Virus record (IMG/VR): IMGVR_UViG_3300027804_000083
Span: 1-50,174 of that record
Strand: one strand, 5' to 3'
DNA length: 50,174 bases
Source of the DNA: a virus
Lineage: Duplodnaviria > Caudoviricetes
Made by a program: the position numbers and the translations under genes. Below are positions 35,412-43,057 of this stretch, piece by piece (position 1 is the first letter of the stretch; the number at the start of each line of letters is the position of its first letter). Under the pieces are notes generated by a model. It worked only from the letters and a program-made list of their open reading frames with translations. It was not told where the DNA came from and made no database searches.

Positions 35412-36265
35412 TACTGCACCTTGACCTTAACTTGCCCATCCAGGTAGGCATCGCCACGCTGCTTGCCATCGCCCAGGTTCTTCAGGAGCATCAGCGCTTC
35501 CTTGTACTTGGTGTCATACAGCTGCAGAAGATCCTGCTCGCCCTTCATGAAAGTATACGCCTCCATCAGGGAACCATAAAGCAGCACGGAGTCAAAGTTG
35601 TCCCCCAGCCACGTCGTCCCCGTCGGGTTGTTGACCGTATCAGTCATCGACACCGGGTAGTAATAATAGTGCAATTCTGCCTGATAGACCCGATCAGGAG
35701 TGGGGCCCACGATGAAGGACAGTTCCGTTTCCTGGTTGTAGGTCGGGCCAAAGATTGCATAGTATTTTGGCTGAGACGTTTGCTTGGGATTTGGATACAC
35801 CTGCCGAATGTAGTTGACATCCACATTTTTCAAGTAAACGTAGTCCCCCTGAAACGTACCGGTTCCCGATACCGCCCCACTATTGGCCACGTCCACTGTA
35901 ACAACCAAACCATTGATCGCCGTCACCACCGCACCGGTGCCTACGCCCGTGCCATACACAGACTGACCAACTACGACATCTGTGGAAGAAGATACCGTGA
36001 TGTTAAACGACCCTGAAGTTCCTGTGATAGTGGGAGTCGCATATGAATAGACCGCCAAAGAATAGGTAGACAGGTAGTCCCCAGGGGCGGACAGGTACTT
36101 GTTGGCAGTGGATAGTGCGCCCGTGACATTCTTGCGCAGGTTGGCAAGCTGGACCGTGTTGTAGATGCGCTGCTCCGCCTGCTGCACAAAGGTAGCCAGC
36201 TCGGTCTCAGTGAAGGTGTTCTGGACATAGTCCTGAATGGCAACTTTGAGTTGTGTGTAGTTCAT
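35411..36265 (-). CDS. head-tail adaptor/tail tubular protein with internal insertion
   Basis: MNYTQLKVAIQDY..AEQRI, PKYYA, PTPD, LLYGSLMEAY; about 60-aa Thr/Val/Gly insert. Confidence 0.7.
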   Translation of the reverse strand: MNYTQLKVAIQDYVQNTFTETELATFVQQAEQRIYNTVQLANLRKNVTGALSTANKYLSAPGDYLSTYSLAVYSYATPTITGTSGSFNITVSSSTDVVVGQSVYGTGVGTGAVVTAINGLVVTVDVANSGAVSGTGTFQGDYVYLKNVDVNYIRQVYPNPKQTSQPKYYAIFGPTYNQETELSFIVGPTPDRVYQAELHYYYYPVSMTDTVNNPTGTTWLGDNFDSVLLYGSLMEAYTFMKGEQDLLQLYDTKYKEALMLLKNLGDGKQRGDAYLDGQVKVKVQ

Positions 36266-36597
36266 GTGATTACCACCGTAACTGGAGACAGTACCCCACC
36301 TGCGTACAACTGCTTAGCATACGGCATTGGCTGCATGCCCACGCTTGCAATCGACGTGTCAACAGTCCAGCCTACATAGACTGTAACAGCCATTCGGGCC
36401 TCTGGGCGCGGCTGATACAAAGCAATCGGCTCATTAATCGTGCGCTTAGGCTCCAACTGCGGGTGCTTGGGCTCGTAGCACTCCCGGCAAACCTTGAACC
36501 CTTTCCAATCCTTGATCAACGCGTTTAGCTTAAAGCGCTGCCCACACTGATCGCACAGCGCAATTGCAAATTTGCCTGATACGTATCCTGTGGCCAT
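36262..36597 (-). CDS. Zn-ribbon protein
   Basis: CDQC...CREC-YEPKHPQL. Confidence 0.75.
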   Translation of the reverse strand: MATGYVSGKFAIALCDQCGQRFKLNALIKDWKGFKVCRECYEPKHPQLEPKRTINEPIALYQPRPEARMAVTVYVGWTVDTSIASVGMQPMPYAKQLYAGGVLSPVTVVIT

Positions 36598-36600
36598 GCG

Positions 36601-37278
36601 TCACCTCTGTTGATACATAGGCACAGCAAAATAGCCAGAGTTTTCGCGGTCCTCATTAGAGGCACGGGTAAACTCTTCGTCGTACATTGTCTTGAGCAAT
36701 TGAACGCGGTCCGGGGCTTTCTTGACTGACAAGTAATAGGAAAGACCCGCTACCAGACACGGCAAGAAACGGAACACCACATCCGCCGTGTTGGTGAAGG
36801 TGCCGGTATCTTGAATTCTACGAACAGCGTAGTAACGGAAGACGTAGGTCTGCGTCGCGTCCGGTGCCGGATACAGGAACAGCTGCGGCGTTGTGGTGCG
36901 CTGCAAGAACCACTGAGCAGGTCGAGACTGCGTGCTCTTGTTCGGAATATGCAAATACTCTGCATATCCAATGCGATCCACTGTGATGTCTTGCTGGGTA
37001 GATTGGCCAGCATTTGTCCGAATTACCGCAGATAGCGCGTCCACCGTGTCAAGCGGCAACGCGTATTGATAGGTGCCCGTAACCAAGGTCACCTCTCGCT
37101 GCTCAATCGTCCAAAGATTAAGCCCCCGGTTGGCCCACTCTGCAAAAAGAAGATTGATCGACCGCATGGCCGTCTTCATGTCGTAGCCATCCCTGACCTC
37201 GATGCCGCAGCGTTCATACGCCTCGACGATCATGTCATCGAACTCCAAATTGAAGTCGGATGTGCCGGAGGTGGTCAT
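36601..37278 (-). CDS. head-tail connector/adaptor protein
   Basis: EAYERCG, RSINLLFAEWANRGLNLWT, YPAPD, RFLPCLVAGL. Confidence 0.7.
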   Translation of the reverse strand: MTTSGTSDFNLEFDDMIVEAYERCGIEVRDGYDMKTAMRSINLLFAEWANRGLNLWTIEQREVTLVTGTYQYALPLDTVDALSAVIRTNAGQSTQQDITVDRIGYAEYLHIPNKSTQSRPAQWFLQRTTTPQLFLYPAPDATQTYVFRYYAVRRIQDTGTFTNTADVVFRFLPCLVAGLSYYLSVKKAPDRVQLLKTMYDEEFTRASNEDRENSGYFAVPMYQQR

Positions 37279-37281
37279 GGC

Positions 37282-37659
37282 TTAATAAATCGTGGCGACG
37301 CGAGCGCGAGCGGCACCCACTCCGCGAACTTTGACGTTGTCCCCAGACACCGATTTCTTTACCGGCTGGCTGATGGTTTTGCCCTGTGGGCCTGCCGTAT
37401 CGGCACCAGAAGCGGTGATGGCACCGCCTTTGGCAAAACCTTTCTTGGCAATACCCTGGCCGCGCTTGGCCAACCCGCCTTTGGCGTAACTTTTAGTTCC
37501 ATGGTTCATAGTTTCACCGCCTTTTCTGAATTTTTTGCCTTTGCCAGACTCGCTGAAATCCATGGCAACGGACATTGGGACACCAACTTTTTTGGCAAAT
37601 GCAGGGCTGTGAGCCGCTGCATCCATCAAACGCTTTTGCTTTTTACTTACCGGGGGCAT
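37282..37659 (-). CDS. basic protein with three KGG motifs
   Basis: SKKQKRLM.AAAHSPAFAKKVG; FRKGG, YAKGG, FAKGG. Confidence 0.75.
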   Translation of the reverse strand: MPPVSKKQKRLMDAAAHSPAFAKKVGVPMSVAMDFSESGKGKKFRKGGETMNHGTKSYAKGGLAKRGQGIAKKGFAKGGAITASGADTAGPQGKTISQPVKKSVSGDNVKVRGVGAARARVATIY

Positions 37660-37939
37660 TGTGCTTCTCCAAAATCAATCTGTCCAGCTTAGCATCGAGC
37701 TGCTCCAAGCGAACCAGAACCCGGTTGATGTCGGCATGCACTTCGACCTTGGTCACGTACTCTTTGGCCACTTCTTCTCGGGTGCGATTGAGCAGCACCT
37801 GCAGGCGCTGCATCTCCTCGCGGTCTTTGCCCTGATCCAGGCGCACACCCTCGATTTCTTTGTCCCGCGAACGAATCACCATGCCCATTAAGGCCATGAT
37901 GATCGTGAGTGCGCTGGTCCATACAGTGCTCAGGTCCAT
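37643..37939 (-). CDS. N-terminal TM + coiled-coil protein
   Basis: VWTSALTIIMALMGMVI; LLNRTREEVAKEYVTK...LDAKLDRL. Confidence 0.7.
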   Translation of the reverse strand: MDLSTVWTSALTIIMALMGMVIRSRDKEIEGVRLDQGKDREEMQRLQVLLNRTREEVAKEYVTKVEVHADINRVLVRLEQLDAKLDRLILEKHNAPGK

Positions 37940-37940
37940 C

Positions 37941-38186
37941 TCAACATTTCCAGGCTCTGAGGCTCTTGTTGATCCGAGAATCCGGGTCTTTGGCCGTCTT
38001 GGCGGAGGTGAGCTTTTTCTTCATCCCTTCCATACGGGCGCAAAAAGAGTCTCGGCGTTTGCCGCCTTCCGGCTGGGGAGGTTTCAAGTTCATCCCCTGT
38101 TTTTTGGCAGAGGCGCGACCCTTGGCGTTCAAGCCGCCGTTCTCCGATTTGCCTTCCTTGCGTTGCCATGCCGGAGACTTGGCCAT
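37941..38186 (-). CDS. small basic phage protein (DUF6321-like)
   Basis: AWQRKEGK..GGLNAKGRAS...RRDSFCARM...SLRAWKC. Confidence 0.8.
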   Translation of the reverse strand: MAKSPAWQRKEGKSENGGLNAKGRASAKKQGMNLKPPQPEGGKRRDSFCARMEGMKKKLTSAKTAKDPDSRINKSLRAWKC

Positions 38187-38187
38187 G

Positions 38188-38373
38188 TCAGTACATCTTG
38201 CACTGTTTGTTGCGAGCCATGCCTACGCCACGCGGAGCCACAGAAGCCGAGGGCTTTTGGTAGTTCTTGCGTGGGGTCTGCTTAGGACCCCCCTTAGACA
38301 TGTCCTGTTTTTGCGCACCGGGCTGCACTTCCCCCTGATACAGGGGGTCTTCCATTTTTGCTGCTCGTCCCAT
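38188..38373 (-). CDS. small basic protein
   Basis: GGAG RBS; MSKGG motif; RGVGMA...KMY end resembles the RGVGAA...TIY end of the 125-aa protein. Confidence 0.7.
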   Translation of the reverse strand: MGRAAKMEDPLYQGEVQPGAQKQDMSKGGPKQTPRKNYQKPSASVAPRGVGMARNKQCKMY

Positions 38374-38383
38374 AATAGGCTCC

Positions 38384-38680
38384 TTAACCGTAGAAGAACG
38401 TGACAGAGGTCACGTTTGTGAGGGTGATGTAGGGGTCCGCTTCAAAGCGCACACCATCATTAGGGATCAGCACATACATAGACCCAGTACCTGTCGTGCT
38501 GGCAGGGGTTGCCAGATTAATCAGTTCGGTGCCTCCGGTGCCTCCATCCTTAAAAGAAATGGATCCAGCGGAGCCTCCGGGGACGTAGTAGATGGCCTTG
38601 ATGCGAGCACGGGGAGTACCAATACCGGACGCGCCGGTACTGGTCACCGTTTTCGCTTTTACGTCATATTGAAAGCCCAT
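38384..38680 (-). CDS. small beta-rich virion protein
   Basis: AGGAG RBS; RARIKAIY...IPNDGVRF...VTFFYG. Confidence 0.75.
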   Translation of the reverse strand: MGFQYDVKAKTVTSTGASGIGTPRARIKAIYYVPGGSAGSISFKDGGTGGTELINLATPASTTGTGSMYVLIPNDGVRFEADPYITLTNVTSVTFFYG

Positions 38681-38692
38681 GTCGGACTCCTA

Positions 38693-39094
38693 TTAAGCGA
38701 TGGTCGCGCCCTTGGAACCAATCACAGCCCAGCCTGCAGCCGTATAGATCAGCATTGCGGAATCCCCCACAGCGGTGAAGGTGATGGTGGTGAAGCCAAT
38801 CTTGGTGGTGGGGGTCAGCACTGCGCTGCCACCGTCCACGGTGTGAACGATGACTTTAATCTCACCAACCGTGCCGTCGGCCAACGTTAGGGCCTGCGAA
38901 GCACCAGTGGTGGTCAGCGAAGTGAAAGCGTTGGTTACATCAACTGCGCCTGCGCCAGACAGGGACTGAGCGCTCAGGATCACGTCCTTGCCAAACGAAG
39001 AGTTGACAGTGACTGCGCCAGTGGTGGCGTTTTTGGTGATGGATTGGAAACCGTTCTGGGAACGAACCGGTCCGGTGAAAGTGGTATTTGCCAT
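38693..39094 (-). CDS. putative capsid decoration/head fibre protein
   Basis: MANTTFTGPVRSQNGF N-terminus; first gene after the capsid gene. Confidence 0.65.
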   Translation of the reverse strand: MANTTFTGPVRSQNGFQSITKNATTGAVTVNSSFGKDVILSAQSLSGAGAVDVTNAFTSLTTTGASQALTLADGTVGEIKVIVHTVDGGSAVLTPTTKIGFTTITFTAVGDSAMLIYTAAGWAVIGSKGATIA

Positions 39095-39097
39095 TTG

Positions 39098-39177
39098 TTC
39101 CTCACATGCGAGTGGTGGGGCGCTTCTGTCTGCATGTCGTCAGGCCGGGACCTGTCAGGAGCGCCAAAAACCCCGGA
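39098..39177 (-). ncRNA. pseudoknotted RNA element, candidate Mu-gpT-DE motif
   Basis: Three crossing helices CCGGGG/UCCCGG, GGCGCUcCUG/CAGaAGCGCC, ACAUGC/GCAUGU; directly downstream of a Mu-gpT-like capsid gene. Confidence 0.65.
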
Positions 39178-39195
39178 ATGGGGCCAATATACACC

Positions 39196-39224
39196 AAAAG
39201 AAAAGGGGCCACAAGGGCCCCTTT
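39196..39224 (-). terminator. intrinsic terminator after the capsid gene
   Basis: AAAGGGGCC-CTTGT-GGCCCCTTT-TCTTTT on the minus strand. Confidence 0.85.
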
Positions 39225-39244
39225 CACGATTTTTCTGCCGCTGA

Positions 39245-40156
39245 TTAAGCGCCAGGAGAACCGTAAATGCCGCGAGGGTCAGACCAGCCGAAGCTGTAAC
39301 GCTCACGAGCCTTGTAGCGCACGTTGCCGGTGTCGAAGTCACCTTCGAAGGCGGTGCGGATGGGCGAACGCTCGAACATCTTCAGACCGTTGGGCGCATC
39401 GGTGATCAGGAACCATGCGTTGGTGTCGGTCAGGAAGTGGTTGACGGCGTAGCCTTCGGGAACGAGGCCCATCGACTTGATTGCGTTGATGTCGTTGTCA
39501 GCCGTGCTGGTGCGCAGCGTGGACTTCATCAGGCGCTCAGCCGTGAACTGCAGTTCCTTGGGAACGATCATCTTGCGAACCGTCAAGGCCACCTTCAGGC
39601 CACGTTCATCGGTGAACGCAGCCACGTCGATGATGCCCTGCTCGAGAGAGGTCTCGTTCAGGTCAGCAGCAACGGCGGGACGGTTAGAGAAGTCGGGACC
39701 CAGGGCGGTCGGGTGAGCGGTAGAGCACAGAGCAACACCGTCGCCGCCAGCGTAAGCGCCGCCGGTGAAAGCATTGTTCAGCACCGAAGCGCCCTTGACC
39801 TGCTTGGTATTCGCCATAGAGCGAGCCAGAGCCTTGGTGTAGCGAGCCGACAGACGGTCGTAGAGGTTGTCCTCAACGGCTTCTTCGGTCAGCGCAAACG
39901 CCATGGCGATGGTCTCGTGGGTGTAGCGAGCAGTGAACGATTCCAAAGCGGTATCGTATGCCACGCCAGCACCTTCGGTCTTCACCGGGGCGGAACCGAA
40001 GCCGGTCAGCATCACTTCTTCTTCGAACGCACGGTCAGAGGTTTCGATTGCGAAAATCTCTTCGTGTTCGTTCTCATAGCGCTTGTACTCCAGACCGAAC
40101 AGAGCGTTCAGGCCGGGCTCCAGCTCTTTAACGAGTTGTGAACGGGTAATAGCCAT
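39245..40156 (-). CDS. major capsid protein (Mu gpT-like, HK97 fold)
   Basis: MAITRSQLVKELEPGLNALFG...GDFDTGNVRYKARERYSFGWSDPRG; strong codon bias; followed by terminator. Confidence 0.9.
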   Translation of the reverse strand: MAITRSQLVKELEPGLNALFGLEYKRYENEHEEIFAIETSDRAFEEEVMLTGFGSAPVKTEGAGVAYDTALESFTARYTHETIAMAFALTEEAVEDNLYDRLSARYTKALARSMANTKQVKGASVLNNAFTGGAYAGGDGVALCSTAHPTALGPDFSNRPAVAADLNETSLEQGIIDVAAFTDERGLKVALTVRKMIVPKELQFTAERLMKSTLRTSTADNDINAIKSMGLVPEGYAVNHFLTDTNAWFLITDAPNGLKMFERSPIRTAFEGDFDTGNVRYKARERYSFGWSDPRGIYGSPGA

Positions 40157-40158
40157 GA

Positions 40159-40746
40159 TTAAGCTCCATCAGCTGCAACACCGACGCTACCGTACTGGTG
40201 TTGATTGAGTTTGACAACGACCACTGCGTTGGTACCCAGCTCATTGTCCGGGGACTCGTAGAGGCCAACAATTTTGAAGGTCAGAGCAGCGGTCTTCGCA
40301 ATGGAAGCGGAGCTCAAAGAACCATTCGAGACACCAGAGGTGGTGCTACCGGTCGTGGAAGCGGTCGGATCAGCGTTCTTGCCAATGTTGGCTTGAGTCA
40401 CTGCGCCGTCAGCTTGGACCAGGAACAACTGGCTCGGATCGTCCAACACTTCACAGGCGATGATGCCTTGGGTAATGTTGACGCTACCGGGATAGTAGTT
40501 CTTCCACGTCGGCTTGTTTGCACGGGTGGGATCGTCGTACTGGCAGCCGTTGAACACACCGGTGGGACCGGCATGGGTAGCTGCGTCATACTTGATGATG
40601 TAGCCGTCATACACGACGACCAAGTCACCCTGATAGATCGCGCCTGCTTGGTTGTCAGCAATCTGATACCCGTATTGTTTTTGGGCACCGGTAGCGGACA
40701 AGTTACCAGAGGGGCGCAGACCAAAAGGCTTGTTTACGTTTGCCAT
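40159..40746 (-). CDS. capsid cement/decoration protein
   Basis: MANVNKPFGLRP, IYQGDLV, GVFNGC; directly upstream of capsid gene. Confidence 0.7.
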   Translation of the reverse strand: MANVNKPFGLRPSGNLSATGAQKQYGYQIADNQAGAIYQGDLVVVYDGYIIKYDAATHAGPTGVFNGCQYDDPTRANKPTWKNYYPGSVNITQGIIACEVLDDPSQLFLVQADGAVTQANIGKNADPTASTTGSTTSGVSNGSLSSASIAKTAALTFKIVGLYESPDNELGTNAVVVVKLNQHQYGSVGVAADGA

Positions 40747-40783
40747 TTGTTAGCTCCTGCTAAGTTTGGATAACCAGCCTCAC

Positions 40784-41260
40784 TTAGGCGTTTGGCTGGC
40801 GGAAAGTTGTGCGCGAACTCCGCTCGGGCGTCTGAATTCGCATTGTAGAGTGAGCGTTTTCACGCATCATCTCGTTGTCCACAGCGTGCAACTGGTCCTG
40901 GGCCTTACGACGATAGTACTCGTTGCGCTCCTCGATGGTTTCCTTGGGAATCTTGGCAAGCAAGAGACCACCAACAGCAATGACGCCAGCGTGTTTGCCG
41001 TCGTCCAACGTCGGCAGGAGAGCCTGATACTCTTCCGGCACTTCTTCCAAACGCACGAGCTCATAACCTTCGCGCAGCTTGGAATAGACGTTTTGCTTGT
41101 CTTGGAAACCATTGACCTCGGAACGAATCCAACGGTACTCAAAGCCTTCAGGGGCAGGCGGCGTGTCAAGACGTGACGGGGGAGTCCATGGTTTGCGGCG
41201 TTCAGCTTTGGCACGGGTGTCCGCACTGCGGCTGGCACGATCAATTTTCATTTCGCTCAT
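40784..41260 (-). CDS. conserved head-module protein
   Basis: WTPPSRLDTPPAPEGFEYRWIR, REGYELV, VGGLLLAKIP. Confidence 0.75.
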   Translation of the reverse strand: MSEMKIDRASRSADTRAKAERRKPWTPPSRLDTPPAPEGFEYRWIRSEVNGFQDKQNVYSKLREGYELVRLEEVPEEYQALLPTLDDGKHAGVIAVGGLLLAKIPKETIEERNEYYRRKAQDQLHAVDNEMMRENAHSTMRIQTPERSSRTTFRQPNA

Positions 41261-41264
41261 GTCT

Positions 41265-42173
41265 TCACTCCTTCACGTACTTGGCATATTCCTCGAGAGG
41301 AACGCCCAGTTTCTTCGCAATAGCAACCTGACTCGGCGAAAGCCGGACAGTACGGCGCACACTATTCACTCCCGAACTACGGGTTGCAGGGGCAACAGCT
41401 GGTGCGGAACGCTGTTGTCTGGGGGATTGTTCGTTCGCAAAGTGTTTCGGAAATTGTTCCCGAATCCTTTGATTAAGAACAGTATAGTATTCATCTGAGG
41501 ACGGGTCAATGCCCTCTTCCTCAATCAAAGTCTGGTGGATTCCCCACGCTGCATACGTCATCGTGCGATCCTTACCAAACCACTCGTTCTCTGCGGCCCA
41601 CTCCTCAGCACGGGGGTCCGGTGCAGCGGGTCGCTGCTGGGGGGCTTGCTGCTGGTAGACCTGCTGTGGCTGTTGCTGTTGCTGCGGGGGCTGCTCCTGC
41701 AGGTACTGGGCAACTTGACGCTGGTCCTGGATCAAGGCGGCAAGCCGTTCTTGTGCTTCAATCTCAGTATCCAGGTCGCCCTCTTCCTTAGCCTTGCGAA
41801 TGATCTGGCGCAAAGAGGCTTGTTGGCTATCCAAGCGAGCTTTGGCCTCGTTCAGGCGGCTGTAATCCGTCTGAACTAGGCGCTGCTGAAGCGTGCTGGC
41901 TTGGTTTTGTAAACCTTTAGCATACTCCAGGGCGGCCTGCTCACGGCGCTCGGCTTCGCGCATGCGAGCAGTGAGCTTTGCGATGCGCTTTTGGACGTTG
42001 TCGTTGACAGCGTCCAGTTCGTCCTTATTGGACTGGGGTTCCCGGGCCTGCGGCTCCGGGGGCGTAGTTTGTTGCGGGGTTTCTGCCTCAGGAGCATCAA
42101 GGGACACCGTAGTGGCCTTCTCGTCCGCTCCCAAATCAAATTCCAGCTGATTGTCGTCCATCACAGTTGCCAT
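41265..42173 (-). CDS. scaffolding protein
   Basis: Acidic N-terminus, long coiled coil, C-terminal VRLSPSQVAIAKKLGVPLEEYAK helix-turn-helix. Confidence 0.75.
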   Translation of the reverse strand: MATVMDDNQLEFDLGADEKATTVSLDAPEAETPQQTTPPEPQAREPQSNKDELDAVNDNVQKRIAKLTARMREAERREQAALEYAKGLQNQASTLQQRLVQTDYSRLNEAKARLDSQQASLRQIIRKAKEEGDLDTEIEAQERLAALIQDQRQVAQYLQEQPPQQQQQPQQVYQQQAPQQRPAAPDPRAEEWAAENEWFGKDRTMTYAAWGIHQTLIEEEGIDPSSDEYYTVLNQRIREQFPKHFANEQSPRQQRSAPAVAPATRSSGVNSVRRTVRLSPSQVAIAKKLGVPLEEYAKYVKE

Positions 42174-42181
42174 TTTTTACC

Positions 42182-42640
42182 TCACATGTGCAGAATATCT
42201 TCTGGGTCTTTGATCGTTGCCAGTATCTCGTCATCGTTCAAGATGCGGATCTCACCGCCGTCAATCATCATGCGAGCACCCGCATAACGACCAAAGATGA
42301 TCCAGTCCCCCTCCTTGCACCAAGGGCCGTCGGGGAACTTGTCGGTGTCCTTGTAAGCCAAAGGGCCTACTGCCAGGACATACGCGCACGTGGTTGTGAG
42401 TTGTTGCCGATCCAACGTCTCTTGGGCCAACTCAATGCCGCCTTTAGACTTCTGGGCCCCTCGGTAGGGCAGTACGACAACGCGCCAGCCTGTCGGCCTG
42501 GGCAAGTGGTCCTTCATGGACTCGCCTTGCTCAATGTGGCTAGTCTTGGCGGCTTCAGCAGCGACGGCTGCCGCAGCTTCTTCGGCAGCTTTGGCCGCAG
42601 CCTCTTCCGCCCATTTCTGTTCAAGTGCAGTTGCTTCCAT
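42182..42640 (-). CDS. groES: co-chaperonin GroES (Cpn10)
   Basis: PTGWRVVV, KSKGGIEL, VLAVGP, GD..IFGRYAG, ILNDDEILA. Confidence 0.92.
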   Translation of the reverse strand: MEATALEQKWAEEAAAKAAEEAAAAVAAEAAKTSHIEQGESMKDHLPRPTGWRVVVLPYRGAQKSKGGIELAQETLDRQQLTTTCAYVLAVGPLAYKDTDKFPDGPWCKEGDWIIFGRYAGARMMIDGGEIRILNDDEILATIKDPEDILHM

Positions 42641-42651
42641 GGTGTTTCCTT

Positions 42652-42834
42652 CTAGTCGGGGTTTTTGCTTAGGATGTCCTTAACGGCATCCTCAACAAAT
42701 CGGTACCCCTCCAGACGGCCCATAAGGAACTTGTACTGCTCCATATCCTTGACCGCACCGCTCACCACCACCCGCTCCGTGTCTTCACGGAGGCGTTTGA
42801 CGGTGACTAGCACTTTCTCAGTAAATTCAAGCAT
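42652..42834 (-). CDS. small conserved helical protein
   Basis: GGAG RBS before ATG 42834; GAVKDMEQYKFLMGRLEG. Confidence 0.75.
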   Translation of the reverse strand: MLEFTEKVLVTVKRLREDTERVVVSGAVKDMEQYKFLMGRLEGYRFVEDAVKDILSKNPD

Positions 42835-42901
42835 GGATTGCTCCAATGAAGCAGACACTTGTTACCCGTGTCAGGAGGGTTATGCATATTATGCATGAAA
42901 T

Positions 42902-43057
42902 CTACGCGATCTTCACCTTTCTGAACGCGTCTTTTCGATAAACGTACTTTACACCCGGTTTTTCAAGCTCTACTTTGCCCTTTGGCGGTCGCTCCAGCTG
43001 GGGGAGCGGCGAGCGCTTGGGCGTTTTGGAAGTCTTGTTGTTGGATTTGGGCAGCAT
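42902..43057 (-). CDS. small basic protein overlapping the portal 3' end, 51 aa (not in ORF track)
   Basis: AAGGAG RBS at 43069-43064; MLPKSNNKTSKTPKRSPLPQLERPPKGKVELEKPGVKYVYRKDAFRKVKIA. Confidence 0.6.
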   Translation of the reverse strand: MLPKSNNKTSKTPKRSPLPQLERPPKGKVELEKPGVKYVYRKDAFRKVKIA

